Source: Oculina patagonica
Taxonomy: Eukaryota
Assembly: GCF_052425735.1 (NCBI RefSeq)
Contig: NC_135762.1
Location: 27,404,001 to 27,468,000 of the forward strand
Reading direction: 5' to 3'
Length of the DNA: 64,000 bases
The notes beneath the pieces were generated by a model that was not told where the DNA came from, did no database searches, and was given only the letters and a program-made list of their open reading frames with translations. How positions within the stretch are numbered: the stretch's first letter is position 1; the number at the start of each line of letters is the position of its first letter. A program made the translations under genes and the position numbers. This document shows, one piece after another, positions 25,801 through 38,988 of this stretch.

Positions 25801-28770
25801 AACCTCTGCATCATCACGAGTCATCATTGCAGTTATGTGAAGAGGTGTGACACTTGATTCTGTCAGCTTTTGCCAAATGATGCATTTTTTTCACCAAAAC
25901 CTTAGCTGAGACATCTTTGGTTCAGAATCTTATGTAGAAGAACTGAGTGACACATAGTTCTTGGCAGGGCACTGTCAATTACGTTGTGGTGGTAACAAGC
26001 TGTTGGTCAATTTTCATAACTTGCTAACAAGTGTTTGTGTTATAGTAAAATCATCATAATCATGCAGCCATGTTCCCCGTACCTTATTTTCTGATAACAG
26101 GCTGGAAAAGAATGCCAAGTTTGTGAAGAACCTTGTTCCAAGCCTCGCCAGGAGGGATGTACACATGACTGCCTGCTGCCTTGTCATCCAGGTGAAATGA
26201 CTGTCAGAATTAAATGCAATATTACTTTTCATGTGTAGAACACCCTAAGATATTTGCATAGTCAAAGCTCTTCTAGCAGCACTCTCTCTTTAATGGTCAG
26301 TATATGACCAGGCTTTTTCATCTCAACTGGCCGGCAATCCATGTATTCACTGAAACCCGCAATCACTGACAAAAGTTGTTGGCACAGTCACCCCTATGAG
26401 TATTCCCGCATGCAATGTTGGATAGCGCAATGTGCCCAAAAGCCTTGTGAGAGGAGAGGTGGGAGTGGGAGAGAGACTTGAAGACGTCAGTGTGCCAACA
26501 ATGTGTCAGCACTTGATTGTATCTACAACGGCAAAGGTCGGCAAAATGAATCCATTACCCCCCTCCCCCCCCCCCAAAAAAGAAAAAAATCTTGACAATG
26601 CCCATAGAGCTAAATAATTATCTTGTGGTGTCTTCATGATCGAACCACTTATCCTGTTTCCAAGGTGCCATAAAGTGGTCTGAACAACATACAGTAATTC
26701 TAGTGCATTTGTCATTTGTTTATTTTCTCTGTATTCCAGGAGATTGTCCAAGTTGTAAACAGATGGTTAAGCTTCCATGTCATTGTCGCTTGATGCTAGT
26801 CTATGTGTCTTGCAGGTACGAGCTAGTATCAGCCATTGTTTTTGCTTGTGAAAATAATATGGTACTTTTCTCAAGAGCATTCATTTAGGCCTGATTCACA
26901 CTAACCACATAACAACATTGACATAACGGCGTTAAGAAAAGTTCAGTTCTTTCCTTAAATTGACGTTTTGCTTATGTCATTATGTTCCAACTATGTCATT
27001 TTGTTATGTTGTTCACACTTGTGACATAAAATATCAACACGAGGTGTTTTTTTTTCATTTGTGTGACCTTGTCATTATGTTGTTATGTTGCTAGTGTGAA
27101 CCAGGGCTTACTGATTACGGCATTATTTCTTTCCTGATACCTTTTGCCCTTTAGCGAATTGACATCAGCAGATGAACAGACACGCAATGAGCTGATGTCC
27201 TGTAAGAATCAATGCCCAAAGAACCTAGCAGCCTGTGGTCACCGATGTTCGTCTAACTGTCACGCTGGTGCCTGCCCCTCCCCTGAACTGTGCAACAGGA
27301 AATCAACTGTAAGGTGTCCTTGCCGACGCAAAAAGAAAGTAAGCAAAACTAATTATGAAGTCAGTTTTGTACCAATGCAAAGAGTCAATACCAACATGTT
27401 GCCCCTTATAAACTAACTATATGGATTGTACATATATGTTGTATCTTTTTCAACCTGGAGTTAACACTCTGAAAATCACAGGAAAAGCACATTCCAATCA
27501 GTTTGAACATTTAAGGAGATTACAAATGAATGAACTCAAATAATAATAATATTGTTTATCAAATGCAGCATAACATATCTACGATAAGGGACGACTAGTC
27601 ATGTCACTCAACAGTAGTTTAACACAAACATGTCCTTAGAATAAACTAAGAGCTTCTTATTTCCTGTTTCAAGGATTTCCCATGTCACATGGTCCAAAGG
27701 GGTGAAGCCAAGTTAGACTGTGATGAAGAGTGTGAAGCACATAAAATGAAAAAGAAGAACCTGACAACTGATGAAGAAGAAATTAAGAAACAAGAAGAAC
27801 TTAGAGCACAACAGGTAATTTCCCTACATATTATTGCTGGCCTATGAAGCTAGAAGGTGATCCACGTTCACTATGTTAATTCTCCATACTGGTTGCCATG
27901 TTTCTTTTTAAATGTTGGTTGTGAGAAATTGGTGGTTCATATGGGACAAATTTCTGAGGTGTCAGATTGACTTGGAAACTTGCTCAGATATGAGGTCTCA
28001 TCCATGCTGATTCTGTAACAATTATTTTTGTTTGAGTGTAAAACCAAATTACTGAATTACTCTAGCCAATCACAAAGGACAAAGACAATTCAGTGAATCA
28101 GTCAAAACTTGACTTGCTTGTACATGAAACTGCTGCCAAGTGTGGGAAAACATGTGCAAGCAATAGGCCTTATGCATGATAACGTCATATGCTCAAAATT
28201 CACCACCAAGCCTCGTTTGCGTGAATTAGTTCTAACCTTCCGCGGCAGCCATCTTCATGCAGTTTTTACGTGGGCATTCATTTCATCTGTGCTGCTTTGG
28301 GAATTCATTCATGATAGAATTTACATGTTTGCACTTCAGAAGCGAGGCTTGGTGGTGAAACAAGCCAGTCTGACGTAAACATGCATAAGACCTATTCCAG
28401 AGTGTACTTAAGAAAAACCAAAGCAATTATAGACTACTTTGATGCTTAATTGCTCTGACTGACAAGAAAATAAAGGCGGCAGGCCGGCCAGTTATTAGAA
28501 AAAAAGATGTACTTAATGCCCTACATCTGGTAAGGGTGATAATGTATCTCTCTGCCTCTCATCTGAGATCCCTTTGATGTTATCTTTTCACTTGTACAGG
28601 AGGAACTTGAGTGGTTTGAGAGAAAACAGCGTGGGAAGAAACGTCGACCAAGAAAGCAAAAGGAAGAAATCATTGAACCATCATGGTTTGAACGTCACAT
28701 GCTCACCATGGTAATGTTATCAGGGGCAGTAGTGTTAATTGCAGGACTCTTTTTTATTGCAATGAACTGA
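13883..28770 (+). CDS. NFXL1: NF-X1-type zinc finger protein NFXL1 (RING/PHD-like domain, many NF-X1 fingers, coiled coil, C-terminal TM), about 21 exons
   Basis: Exons about 13883-14219, 14709-14815, 15800-15930, 16024-16093, 16392-16500, 17300-17461, 17685-17785, 18339-18453, 20234-20481, 20605-20695, 20914-21034, 21501-21534, 21677-21802, 23918-24015, 24107-24128, 24263-24394, 26101-26191, 26740-26815, 27175-27338, 27674-27814, 28600-28770. Motifs [31 protein letters not shown], repeated CGxHxCxxxCHxGxC; the hydrophobic C-terminus [20 protein letters not shown] fits NFXL1 rather than NFX1. Confidence 0.93.
14826..15610. mobile_element. Intronic repeat element with a long internal palindrome
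   Basis: About 14863-15026 is an imperfect inverted repeat (ATACCTAATCGTACCTTTTTGGT...ACCAAAAAGGTACGATTAGGTAT). Element boundaries approximate. Confidence 0.5.
18557..18962. repeat. Fold-back element with two inverted tRNA-like arms
   Basis: 18867-18962 (+) has an A-box TAGCTCAGTGG, a B-box GGTTCGAATCC and a T-run; 18557-18657 is its reverse-complement copy. A similar head lies at about 52880-52937. Confidence 0.65.
19546..20045. mobile_element. Tc1/mariner-type MITE
   Basis: TIRs CCGTATTTTCTCGATTAAACGCC / GGCGTTTAATTGAGAAAATACGG with TA flanks; internal TAAACGCCGG repeats. Confidence 0.85.
20053..20167. repeat. Perfect inverted repeat with about 40-bp arms
   Basis: AATAGAGTTGATGTTCTTGGGCGTAAATATGTTTTTGGCCC ... 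GGGCCAAAAACATATTTACGCCCAAGAACATCAACTCTATT. Confidence 0.8.
21834..23793. repeat. Minisatellite of 22/24-bp units in an NFXL1 intron
   Basis: Dozens of tandem GAGTAAAGTTTACCCGTGTGGT (22 bp) and GAGTAAAGTTTACCCATGTGTCT-type units, interrupted by a MITE at 23159-23729. Confidence 0.95.
23159..23729. mobile_element. hAT-like MITE with 6-bp TSD, inserted in the minisatellite
   Basis: TIRs CAGGGTCTCAAAGGGG / CCCCTTTGAGACCCTG; ACCCAT duplicated at 23153-23158 and 23730-23735; subterminal GGGCTCC repeats. A degenerate relative lies at about 4200-4345. Confidence 0.85.
26888..27107. mobile_element. PIF/Harbinger-type MITE
   Basis: GGCCTGATTCACACTA...TAGTGTGAACCAGGGC ends with TTA flanks; sister copy at 60444-60636. 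Confidence 0.75.
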
Positions 28771-29236
28771 TGAACTTCATACTGGGAAATTATTCATTTC
28801 ATGTTGTCAGTAAACTTTATGCACTTCTTATGTCCCTTCTTAAAGTTGGATAAAAAAAATGTATCTCTTAAATGTAACAGAACATGGATTCACATGTAAC
28901 AACTCCTCTTCGATTCATTAATAATAGTTATTGACAACATGCACAAGAAAAAAGGTTTGACTGAATACAAATTGTATTTCAACTTGGAATAATTTTATTA
29001 TTGCCAGAAATAATTTTATTTTAATATAACATAAATATAATAGTACTATACAATATATTTACAAAATGTATTTACACTGTACAACTGGTCAGTTTCAAAA
29101 GAACTGCAAAAAAGAATAATAAAATTGGTTTGAAAATACATTTCTACAGCATTCCATTTTGAATTAATTCTGTCTATTTTCTTTACTTGTGTAAGATGGT
29201 TTCAGTGTTGTGGTACTATCTTAATGTTAAATGTTC

Positions 29237-32200
29237 TCAGAATACATAATTATTTGAGCCAAATTGCGTTGTTGTACTAATGGCGCGTGATTTCTTTCTT
29301 TCTTGTGTTGTTTCATCTGCGTCTGTTTTGTTAGCTTGTTCTTGTTGCTCCGACACTACCTCAAGAAATTCCGGTACTCTGGTGTTCTTCTTGTCAATGA
29401 AATCTTTGAAGGCTTTTGCTCCGTGCATAGTAGAGAGAACATTATCCTGTGGTCAAAGCAAGGCAAACTATTGTTAGTGGTGTTGTTATACATGTAAATC
29501 GACAAGGTGTACAGTGGCTTTGTTGGCAAAACACCATATGCTTAACGACCATCAAATAGATTTGGAGAGCGTCAAAATTGTTGACAGGTCAACAGGTCAA
29601 CGACTAATTCTTGAAGCTTGGCATTCTGTACGAGATAGAAACGCTATAAACGAACACATAGCGCTACCAAACGTTTACAATAGCATTAAGAATTTATAGA
29701 CTCATTAAGAATGCTCTAGTTTTCACACATTCGTTACATATTTTGAAGAAGGCAACAGTGGTGGCCGAAACGTCCAAAAACAATATTTTTAGCCAGTGTC
29801 AACTTTTTTCATTCGTAATTTTTAACATGCCTGGCTACAACCCGAACATTTTTAAAGTGTACAGGGTTCTAACCCTTTTACCGAACAATTTTCCAGGACT
29901 TTTCAAGAACTCAAATTGATTTTTCCAGGACTCTAAAATTCACACTAACCCTTACACTCCCAATATCTCAAAATTATTTTCTCCTTACTGTCTGCAATAC
30001 ATTTCTTATAATGTTAGTTCTGAGAATTCAGTTGTTACTTGAGTTTAACAGATTTTCAGAATTTTTCCAGGTTTTTCAGGACCTCTACGGACCCTGGGTA
30101 AATGCTAACTGTGATTTAAAAGGAACTCAAAGTTATCGCAAGACAGTGCAACTTACCAGTTTCTGGCTTTTCTTCTTGGAATCAGACAATGTCTTATCTT
30201 GCTGTGCTTTAGGATCCTGTAATGGCTCATCGGTCGGCCCTGCTTTCCATGTTCTGGGGCTGAGGTACCATGCACCATACTTAACTTTCACCCAGCTTGG
30301 CGTATACTTGGCTTTCGCCTACAAACACAATTATTAATAATGTAATACAGTATTTTTTCTTTAGTCCAGAAACTCCAATTTCTCATATAAAAATGTTATA
30401 TACAAAAAAAGGGTTCTGATATACTTGGACACATAATTGGGTCACATATTTCATTGTGATTCCTCACAAATCGTGTAGGTGCCTGACTATATAACAGAGT
30501 TTGATGTTTTTATACTGATACAGTTTGCAGCAATAAAACAACTTTTTATTTATAAAGCGAGTACTGCAAAGTTCTTGGCCAGATTCTCAATATAATTTTA
30601 AATTCAAGACACTGCTTTATACCTTGACCTTGTCAGCTTCTGGTACTTGTCTTGTATCGCTTGGTTTTGGTAGTGGTGACCCTGTGTTCATTCTTAATTC
30701 AGGTGGAACATTTGTCAATTCAACAACATGGATAGGTACTGACAATGCAGGCTGCATTCAGAAAAACACAATCATTAGACATGTTTAACTCACAAATACA
30801 CAAATCAGATGCTTCCTGCGCACTGCAATGACTAGTTATGTTAATATGAATATGTGTATAAACAAAAATGATCATAGGAAATGTTAATCAATAAGGTAAA
30901 GTCTGTGTTTGAGCCAAGTGGCCCATACAGCTGGAGCTTATCCCGGTTTCTGTAGCATTAAGTGACTAGGAGTATTGCTACTCCCCCCTGGATGGGATGC
31001 TAGTCCATTGTAGGGTTCCTCAGCAGTAAATTTCGCCGGTACCCATTTATACACTTGGGTGGAGAGAGGCACTGTGAGAGTAAAGTGTCTTGCCCAAGAA
31101 CACAGCGCAGCGCCCTGGCCAGGGCTCTTACCCAGGCCATTCGACTCAGAGTCGATCGTGCTAACCATTAGACAACCACGCCTTATTGTTAAGCAACAAG
31201 CAAGGTATTATTCAGTACTGTCTATGCTGAACAATAACTACTGGTACGAACCTTGGTTTCATATCCACTGGCAAATAAGCTCATTACTGTTGATTCCTCA
31301 ATATTGTTACTTTGCCCACCCTATGTAGGTAAAAACAGAACAGTAAGTTAGGAAAAAGAACTTGTTTATCCGTCTGCTCAATGTGGATATTCTTGAGGAA
31401 AAAATGATGTCACTAAAAAAACTTGTAACTTACCAAACCTGCCACCCACTCACAAAACTCCTTTGTTACTTCTTGTATTCTCGCATCCTGGAAATTAAGA
31501 GGAACATTAATTTTACATACAAACATATTGAGGGTGAGACAGTGTCTGTCTATCTGTCTGTCTCAGTGTGTGTGTCTGTGTGTGTGAAGGGGGGCTATTT
31601 TGAGAATCTTGTTATTACTTCAGCCAAAGGAAGAGACCAATATCATTAAAACAATTCATAACCTACGCAATATTGGACAAGTTTAACAGATCAGGTCTGT
31701 CCCATTCTAGCTAATCATTAGTGCTACTGATGATGGTTTCTTGTACACAGCATGGAACAACTACTGTAGATCTACACATAACTCATTGTTAAGTAGGCTG
31801 CCCCAACCCTATTAACAGGGTTGCCCTAGAAATCTAAAAAAAAGACTGTATACTACAGATACATGTACATGTATGTAGAAATGATTTAAGCTGGCTAATG
31901 ACACTTTGGATTGCAGTGTCAGTGCTTACCGAGGTTGGAGACTCTGCTTTTCGTCGACTGGCTCGCTTGCTTTCTTCTTTCTGTACCTCTTCTTGTTTAG
32001 GAAGCCATTTGTATGTGAGTTTAGTCTGGTCTTTATAGGATTCTGAATTGCTGTCAACAAATCAAACAAAAACATTTTAATTTCAAGATCTGAAGCAAAG
32101 GGTACTGTGCAACTTATTACATGCCTGAAAAATAAGAGTACTGTGATTCACACAACATCTAAAAAGTTGGTGTTCACAAGGAGACAAGCCCTGGGGAGGT

Positions 32201-35200
32201 GATGTAGATCAGACAAGTCCCTAAGCTTGTAGTGGAGGGGGACAGGGGGGTCTGAACCTCCCACCTCTTGTGCCTTTTACTCCCATTTCACGTCTTTTTT
32301 TACTCCCACCTCCCATCCCTTTCTGTAGCAGTTCTCTCCTCCTTGTCCCATAGCTATTGAGAAATATAACAGTTTTAATGTTGCAAAATTTTACTCGTTT
32401 TCTCCCAGTTCCCACCACCTAAGAATCTCCCTTCCTGCCCTCCCTTCTCCCAGGATCCCACCCCCTGTTCCCCTCGTACATGCATATGAGGATAAGGTTA
32501 TGTCCGATGGCTGAGACTTGTCTGTTCATGAACACAACCCACTGGATCAAAATATGACAAAGATTTCATCAAAGTGATTAAATATGTTTAGCAGTGAAAT
32601 TTGAAAAATAACTTTATTGTATCATGCAAGAGCAGTCTCTCTCAATAGTTACAACACCTCACCTGAGTTTTCCTGAATCGCCACTTTTGACAGACTACAA
32701 AAAGGCAAAAAACAAAAATCATTATTAATGATTGCCAGAGATCACCCTTGTGAAAACAGTCCTGACCAATATTTTAGTTTTTTTATGTTAATGGTTAAGA
32801 CCTGTCAGAGACAAGAGCGGAGAGTTGCTCACTGACCAAGAAGAACAGCGAAAAAGGTGGGCAGATCATTTCAAAGAACTACTCAATAGACCGCCGCCAA
32901 GCGAGCTGCCTGACATACAACCAGCCAACACACCTTTGCAGGTCAGCGAGAGTAAGCCAAGTGAAGCAGAGATCAAGAGAGCCATCAGACAACTGAAGAA
33001 TGGAAAAGCAGCTGGTCCCGATGGCATACCATCAGAAGCCATCAAGGCAGATCTAAACACCTCGACCAAAATGCTGTATGAACTGTTTGGCAAGATCTGG
33101 GAAACGAACAAGATACCAGATGATTGGAAAGAAGGCTACCTAATCAAACTTCCAAAGAAGGGAGATCTGAAGGAATGTAAGAACTGGAGAGGAATCATGC
33201 TGCTGTCAACGGCCGGAAAAGTACTGAATAGGATAATTCTGGAGAGGTTGAAAGTAGAGGTGGACAAACGGTTGAGAGAAGAACAGGCTGGGTTCAGGAA
33301 AGATAGGTCATGCACAGATCAAATTGCTACCCTGAGGATCATCTTGGAACAGTCTTTAGAGTGGAACTCTCCTGTTTATGCGACCTTTGTGGACTATGAG
33401 AAGGCATTCGATAGCGTTGATAGGGAAGTGTTGTGGAAGCTGCTATGCCACTATGGCATCCCAGAGAAATACATCACTCTTATACAGAAGACCTATGAGA
33501 AGTGCACCTGTAGAGTCATCCACAACGGAGTTCTTTCAGAACTGTTTGATATGCTCACTGGAGTGCGCCAGGGTTGCTTGCTGTCGCCCTTCTTGTTCCT
33601 GCTTGTCATCGACTGGATAATGCGGAGGACGACAGAAAAACATCAGGATTGCATACAGTGGACACTCACGACCCGGTTAGAAGATCTTGACTTCGCCGAC
33701 GACATTGCCCTTCTTTCACATAACCACAGGAGCATGCAATCCAAGCTAACAAGACTGGCAAAGATCTCAATGCAGACGGGCCTTAGGATCAGCAAATCCA
33801 AGACGAAGGTGATGAGGGTTAACACCAAGAATGCAGATAGGATAGAACTAGATGAGGATGAAATCGACGAGGTGGAGGACTTTGCGTACCTTGGAAGTAA
33901 CATCAGCAAGGACGGTGGATCTGATCAGGACATACGAGTGAGGATCGGAAAGGCAAGAACTGCATTCACCATCTTGACACCTGTTTGGAGATCAAAAGTG
34001 ATTTCCAGAAAGACCAAACTACGGTTATTTAATACCAACGTAAAGTCAGTCCTCCTTTACGGCTCCGAAACGTGGAGAGTAACAAAAGCGAACTCCGCCA
34101 AACTGCAGACCTTAACAGCAGTATTATCTTTAAAACTTTTTTAGAAGTCATATTATTGTGTTGACAGTCTATTGACAATATAGCATTAACAGTGCTTTGA
34201 TAGCAACTTTTTACCTGAGCTTCGTCCTGAACATTTGTTTGTTTCTCTTCCTCAATATCCTCATCACTTTCCTGGAAAAGGAAAAAAAAAATTTAATATA
34301 ATTTATATGTAGAAAGCAGGAGAAATTGAAGGTTTATTAGTAAAATTAAGTTGGGGTAGTAATGTTATTTTTTTGCCATACATGTACACGTTTTTCATGA
34401 CAATGTTATTATATTAAATTCCACTTGTACCTGCAATCCATCATCTTCAGTTTCACTGTCAATATTCATCTCTGGGTCAAGAATCTCCACAACATCCTCA
34501 AATACCTTGATCATGAAATGCAATAAAAAATACATTTAGTTAAAATAGAATTTAGTCCTAGAATTTAGTCCTCTCCCAATACAGTTGCTAACAATTGTAT
34601 TTGTAGGCAAGGGTCCTGTGTGACCTAATTACAAACAAACTTACATCAGGGGGTAGAGATTCCTCCAAGTGAGGAAAGAGAGCCAAAGGGTGCTGTATCA
34701 AGTTGAACTCTATGTCTTCCACACGACCTCGTCTCTGTTGTTGAAGAGGCAGTGACCTGTTAAAGGGAAATATACACTCAGTTTTAATTAATCTCTCTAC
34801 AATGCCCGCACCCCCTGGGACAGAATTAACTGGCCATTGTACATTGTGTTTCTCCTTTTCCTCAACAGGGTACAACTAGGTTCCCCTCCTAGCATTTTAT
34901 TAGGTTGCTCCAAGTACTTGCTCATATTATACATACATGTACATTTATGGCTGGTTTTCACTGGTGCCAGGGACAGTGATCTAGTGATAATCAAGCCATG
35001 GAGTAGTACAGAGTTTCTGATTCTCACTCGCGGCTTATAACTCTATCACTTGTGATCAGTGAAAACTAGATTGTCAGAGTCACAAGCAGAAAGCAAGTAT
35101 GTGTACTTGGAGGGTCTGAGAACTAGCATCGTAATTTGTTTGTTCTTCTGCTTCTGCTTGCAACTCTGACAATCTAGTTGTCACTGGATCATTAATGACT

Positions 35201-36666
35201 GAGTCATTAGCAGAATCAGAAGAAACTTGAAATGTTCTGATTCTTCCAACTCTGATTCTGCTGAGCTTATCGATCGCTCCACTTATGACTCTGATTATCA
35301 ATTTTATCAATGACTCTAACTCTCAGTCTGTCGCAAGTGGAAACCAGCCTTTAGATAATAATTATGTCTGACTGGAGATTCGCAAGAGTCTTCTCAGTGA
35401 GACAGTTAACAGAGAGAACACAATCATTGTTCATGCTTGAAGCCAGACCTCTTCATCCAGCAAACAATACACTAGCTTTCAGCACAACACATTTTTATTA
35501 TCTACAATACTTAATAAACACAGTCTGCCCTCACCTTGAAAAACACGCTTCATCCTTTGTAAACCTACTTTTATGTTTGGCGGGAGCATTGAGACTTTCA
35601 TCAGACCCAGTAATGTTTGGTCCTAAGCCAGTATCGGTCTGAAAAGGAGGCAGGGAAAAATGAATAAAATGACAACAACAAATGGGTTGTCTGGTATCTT
35701 ATATACCAGAGACTGTTTTTTTTTTTTAAATCAGCATCTCATTTCATTCAGTAGTCATTGATGCCAGGGACTCGGAATACTCAAATGCTCTACCACTAGG
35801 CCACAATATGAGCCTAGTGACCCATCAGGCTAGCATTTTTAGCCAGGTACTGGGAGAGATAAGTGTCTTGACCAAGAACACAATACAGTGACCTCAGTTA
35901 GGATCGACCTGGACCCCTTAGTAATAGTACAGCTTAATTAGAAGAACACAACTCAGCACTTATGCGACATATTAACCAGGCCCAGTATTTATGCACCTCT
36001 CACCTTTTTGACATAATTGTAATTTGCTTCAGGGGGAAGCCCATCTCTGAAGTCATCACTTCCTTTCTCCAAAAATGTCCATGATGAACCTATTAATGTT
36101 TCTGAATTGCCTCTGAGCTTTCTTGGCTTTATATACTTTGTCTCCAACCTTTCTTTATACCTGTGTAATGCAGTGACAGATGTTATGAGTAAAAACTAAC
36201 ACTACAGAGAATCCATGGTTCGACATGGTCCTTCAGATTACTCGCGATCGCTCGAGCATACTTCCAAAACAGCTGAGCACAAGCGAGCAGAAGCGACTCG
36301 CGAATAAAGTCATCCAGCTGAAAGCAATCAGCATTCTCCAAATAATTTTATTTTTCAGAAACAGAAGGGGCTGAAAATTCTCTAAATAAAGCGTCTATTG
36401 CGTGTCCGGACCACATAAATGGAGTACAATCATTCCTCGAGATGTTTCGAATAAAATCTCTCCAAAGTGAATTGATCTCACTACATGAAATCAAGAGCGC
36501 TTGACCGTCAAAGATTTCACCGCAGCTGACTTTTTCTTTCAATAAATAAAGCCTGATATGTTTATGAGTTGATTCTGACAATAGAGAAGCTTACATACCA
36601 TGGTTTCAGTCTCTTTTTGCCGTCTGTTTTGGTCTGGACAAGAAGAAGGTCATACTTGTTCGCCAT
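29237..36666 (-). CDS. FAM47 family protein (FAM47E-like), about 13 exons
   Basis: Exons about 36666-36599, 36160-36004, 35638-35535, 34758-34644, 34505-34430, 34271-34215, 32695-32664, 32050-31930, 31487-31433, 31320-31247, 30751-30622, 30319-30156, 29446-29237. FAM47 hallmarks: KPWY..L..KY, WTFLEKGSDDFRDGLPP, QHPLALFPHLEESLPPD, VVEILDP, KVKYGAWYLSPRTWK, MHGAKAFKDFI...PEFLE. Some internal boundaries are approximate. Confidence 0.85.
29514..29800 (+). mobile_element. Penelope-like element 3' remnant (GIY-YIG C-terminus plus degenerate hammerhead)
   Basis: ALLAKHHMLNDHQIDLESVKIVDR...RLILEAWH resembles the end of a PLE GIY-YIG endonuclease; it is followed by TTGAAGA-AGGC...GCC-GAAACG at 29743-29772. 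Confidence 0.7.
30897..31185 (-). mobile_element. tRNA-derived SINE
   Basis: Near full-length reverse-complement match to the SINE at 48658-48958. Confidence 0.85.
32800..34112 (+). mobile_element. RTE-clade non-LTR retrotransposon fragment (uninterrupted RT domain), antisense inside a FAM47 intron
   Basis: ORF 32825-34144: KAAGPDGIP, KKGDLKECKNWRGIMLL, EQAGFRKDRSCTDQI, FVDYEKAFDSV, GVRQGCLLSP, LDFADD, FAYLGS, VKSVLLYGSETW. No endonuclease domain or 3' end. Confidence 0.93.
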
Positions 36667-38988
36667 ATTGGAAAAGCTTCGGAGGGAACCCGTTTCCTTG
36701 GTAACCAGACAGGACAGACAATCACACCCAGTCCCCCTCGTATCTCGTTGGAAGACTCAACTTTTACAAGCGACATTTTCTTGTTTTATTTAAAGTTATA
36801 AAAAGTAATTCGTTGAAAACACGGCAATGGTGCGTTATGTGGTAGTTTTGCTCGTTCTATTTTACTAGCTCGATAATACGTTAATTTTGCAAGCCATACC
36901 TCCAGTGGATCAGTTTGCCGCGCGGTCAAATACGCTGTTATAGATAATATGAAAAAAAAATTGTTACCTAAATTATATAGAAGAAATATCTGAATTATAA
37001 ACCGCTATTGACGCAAAAATTTAAACGAATTTCTCTACCGGCACGCTGTCAACGGAGATCCCTAAGTGTAACAAAAGAGCTTGAAGAATTCTAACCAAAT
37101 AAAATTAAAGAAAGTGTTGAAGGCCCGGCCTCAATTCATGAAACTTTAGCTTGTGTATTTTTAGTGACCTTTCACAGTGTTTCCTCCCAATTTCACAGGA
37201 AGGATCAGTTGTCCAAAAATTGAACAAACTGAGAAGAGACAAAGCAAAGATGTCGGAAAAAATTAAGTTCCAGTTAAATAATTGGAAGATTTTACTTATA
37301 TAATGAGATATTACAGAGTGTTTTATTGTCGATAGCTTGGTTTGTAAGGGTTCAACGGCTCCCACAATAGCGATGCATTAATCTAACTGCGAAAAACAAA
37401 ATTGAAAGCGTATGAAGTCAGCGACTAAGATAAATTTATTAAACGTCAAGAAAACAGTGGAAGCATGTTTAAGCTCATTCTTTGCAGAAGGAGAAAAAAT
37501 ATTTACATAATCTCTGACATAACCGGATATTTAAATCATTCACGTCAAGGAAAAAAAATGGAATTCTCCTCGAGGGTTCCTTGGATATATGCATGAAGCG
37601 GCAAAAAATTAATTTTTCTTTATCTGCTTTTATCTGTGGAAATAATATTTTTTGTTAAAATTAAGTGAAAAATTAATCAGCGATAAAACGGTTAACAAAT
37701 GGCGAAGAGAACACTAATCCTTTCATTTTTTTTGCATATACTATAACAGGGAAATGAATAAATTGCGCGCCATCGGGTAGAATGTAGAAGAAACCCGTCG
37801 TAAATCATCTTGTCATTTCATCTGATTTAGAATGCACGTACGAAAACTCAATCCCATGCGATAAAATCGCTGTATTTACCATTAAGTGTTTTCCTCATTA
37901 TTCACTGGCAACCAGTAGAGAAAATTTTCTTTCGTCACCAATATCAAAAACACGTCAAGTGGCTTAAAACCTTTCAGGTCAGCAATAGTTCTTAAACTCA
38001 GCCAATTTAGGATGTGCTTGAGTATATATAGATTTAAAAGCCACCGGAAATTATAACTCTTAACTGAATCTTAAAAACCATTTTTCTCTATCTGCAAAAA
38101 TATATTACTGTTTTGTTTTTTTCAAGCATATTCTGGGTTTGTCCATGTAGCATGATGTAGGGTGAGACCTAAAAACTTATTTTCCCGAAAAAAAAAGAAA
38201 AAAAAAAAACAGACGAGACAAAACAAGTTTTGCTTGTTTACAAATTATTTTCCGTGCTGTTCGTGGAGAGCGTGCAAATGTATGCACTGCAATGGGTTCT
38301 CCACCTGTTCTCTTTATTTACACTTCACGCGAGTGCCCGAAAGCCATTAATTGAAACTGTCAAAGTAAATGGCCCTATAGCAAATGGAATATTCATTTAT
38401 CTCTAATCTTGTCCTCTGTTTGCGTTGGAGACAAACTTTCACCAAACTTTGATCATCGTGCGAGCAGGGCAATTAGCATTTTGGAAAATCTCACTGTATT
38501 CTCAAGCAGCTGAATAAAGAAAAAGTCGTTTGCTCGTGAGCTTAGAGTCTTAGCCAATTTACCTCTAGATAAAATTGATGATAGTCAAATTTATTCTCTT
38601 GCGTTTACTAGGTGGGCAGAGCTTTTCATTTACGACCATAAACTAACGATCACGAGTCAAGCTATATGCCTTGAAAATAAACCTTTCAGTGACGAAATTG
38701 AATTAAAAAGTTCCGCTCTTTTAATTATATGCTTAAAAGCGACCACCAAATTGTCAACTTTGAGAATAAGTGGACGCACGTCAATCACTCATCGCTTTCA
38801 ATTAAGCACGCATAAAAAGGGTTTCTGTTTCAGAACGCTAAATCGGATTAATATCACGAGAGCTTATAGTTGATGTTCTGCACATTGCACATCGTTTGTG
38901 TTCTGCGCCAGGGGCTACGACGATCAAGTTGTTTTGGTTGAAGTTGATATTTTTGCAATAGTTTTGGTTTGGGGTCACAGATTTCAGC

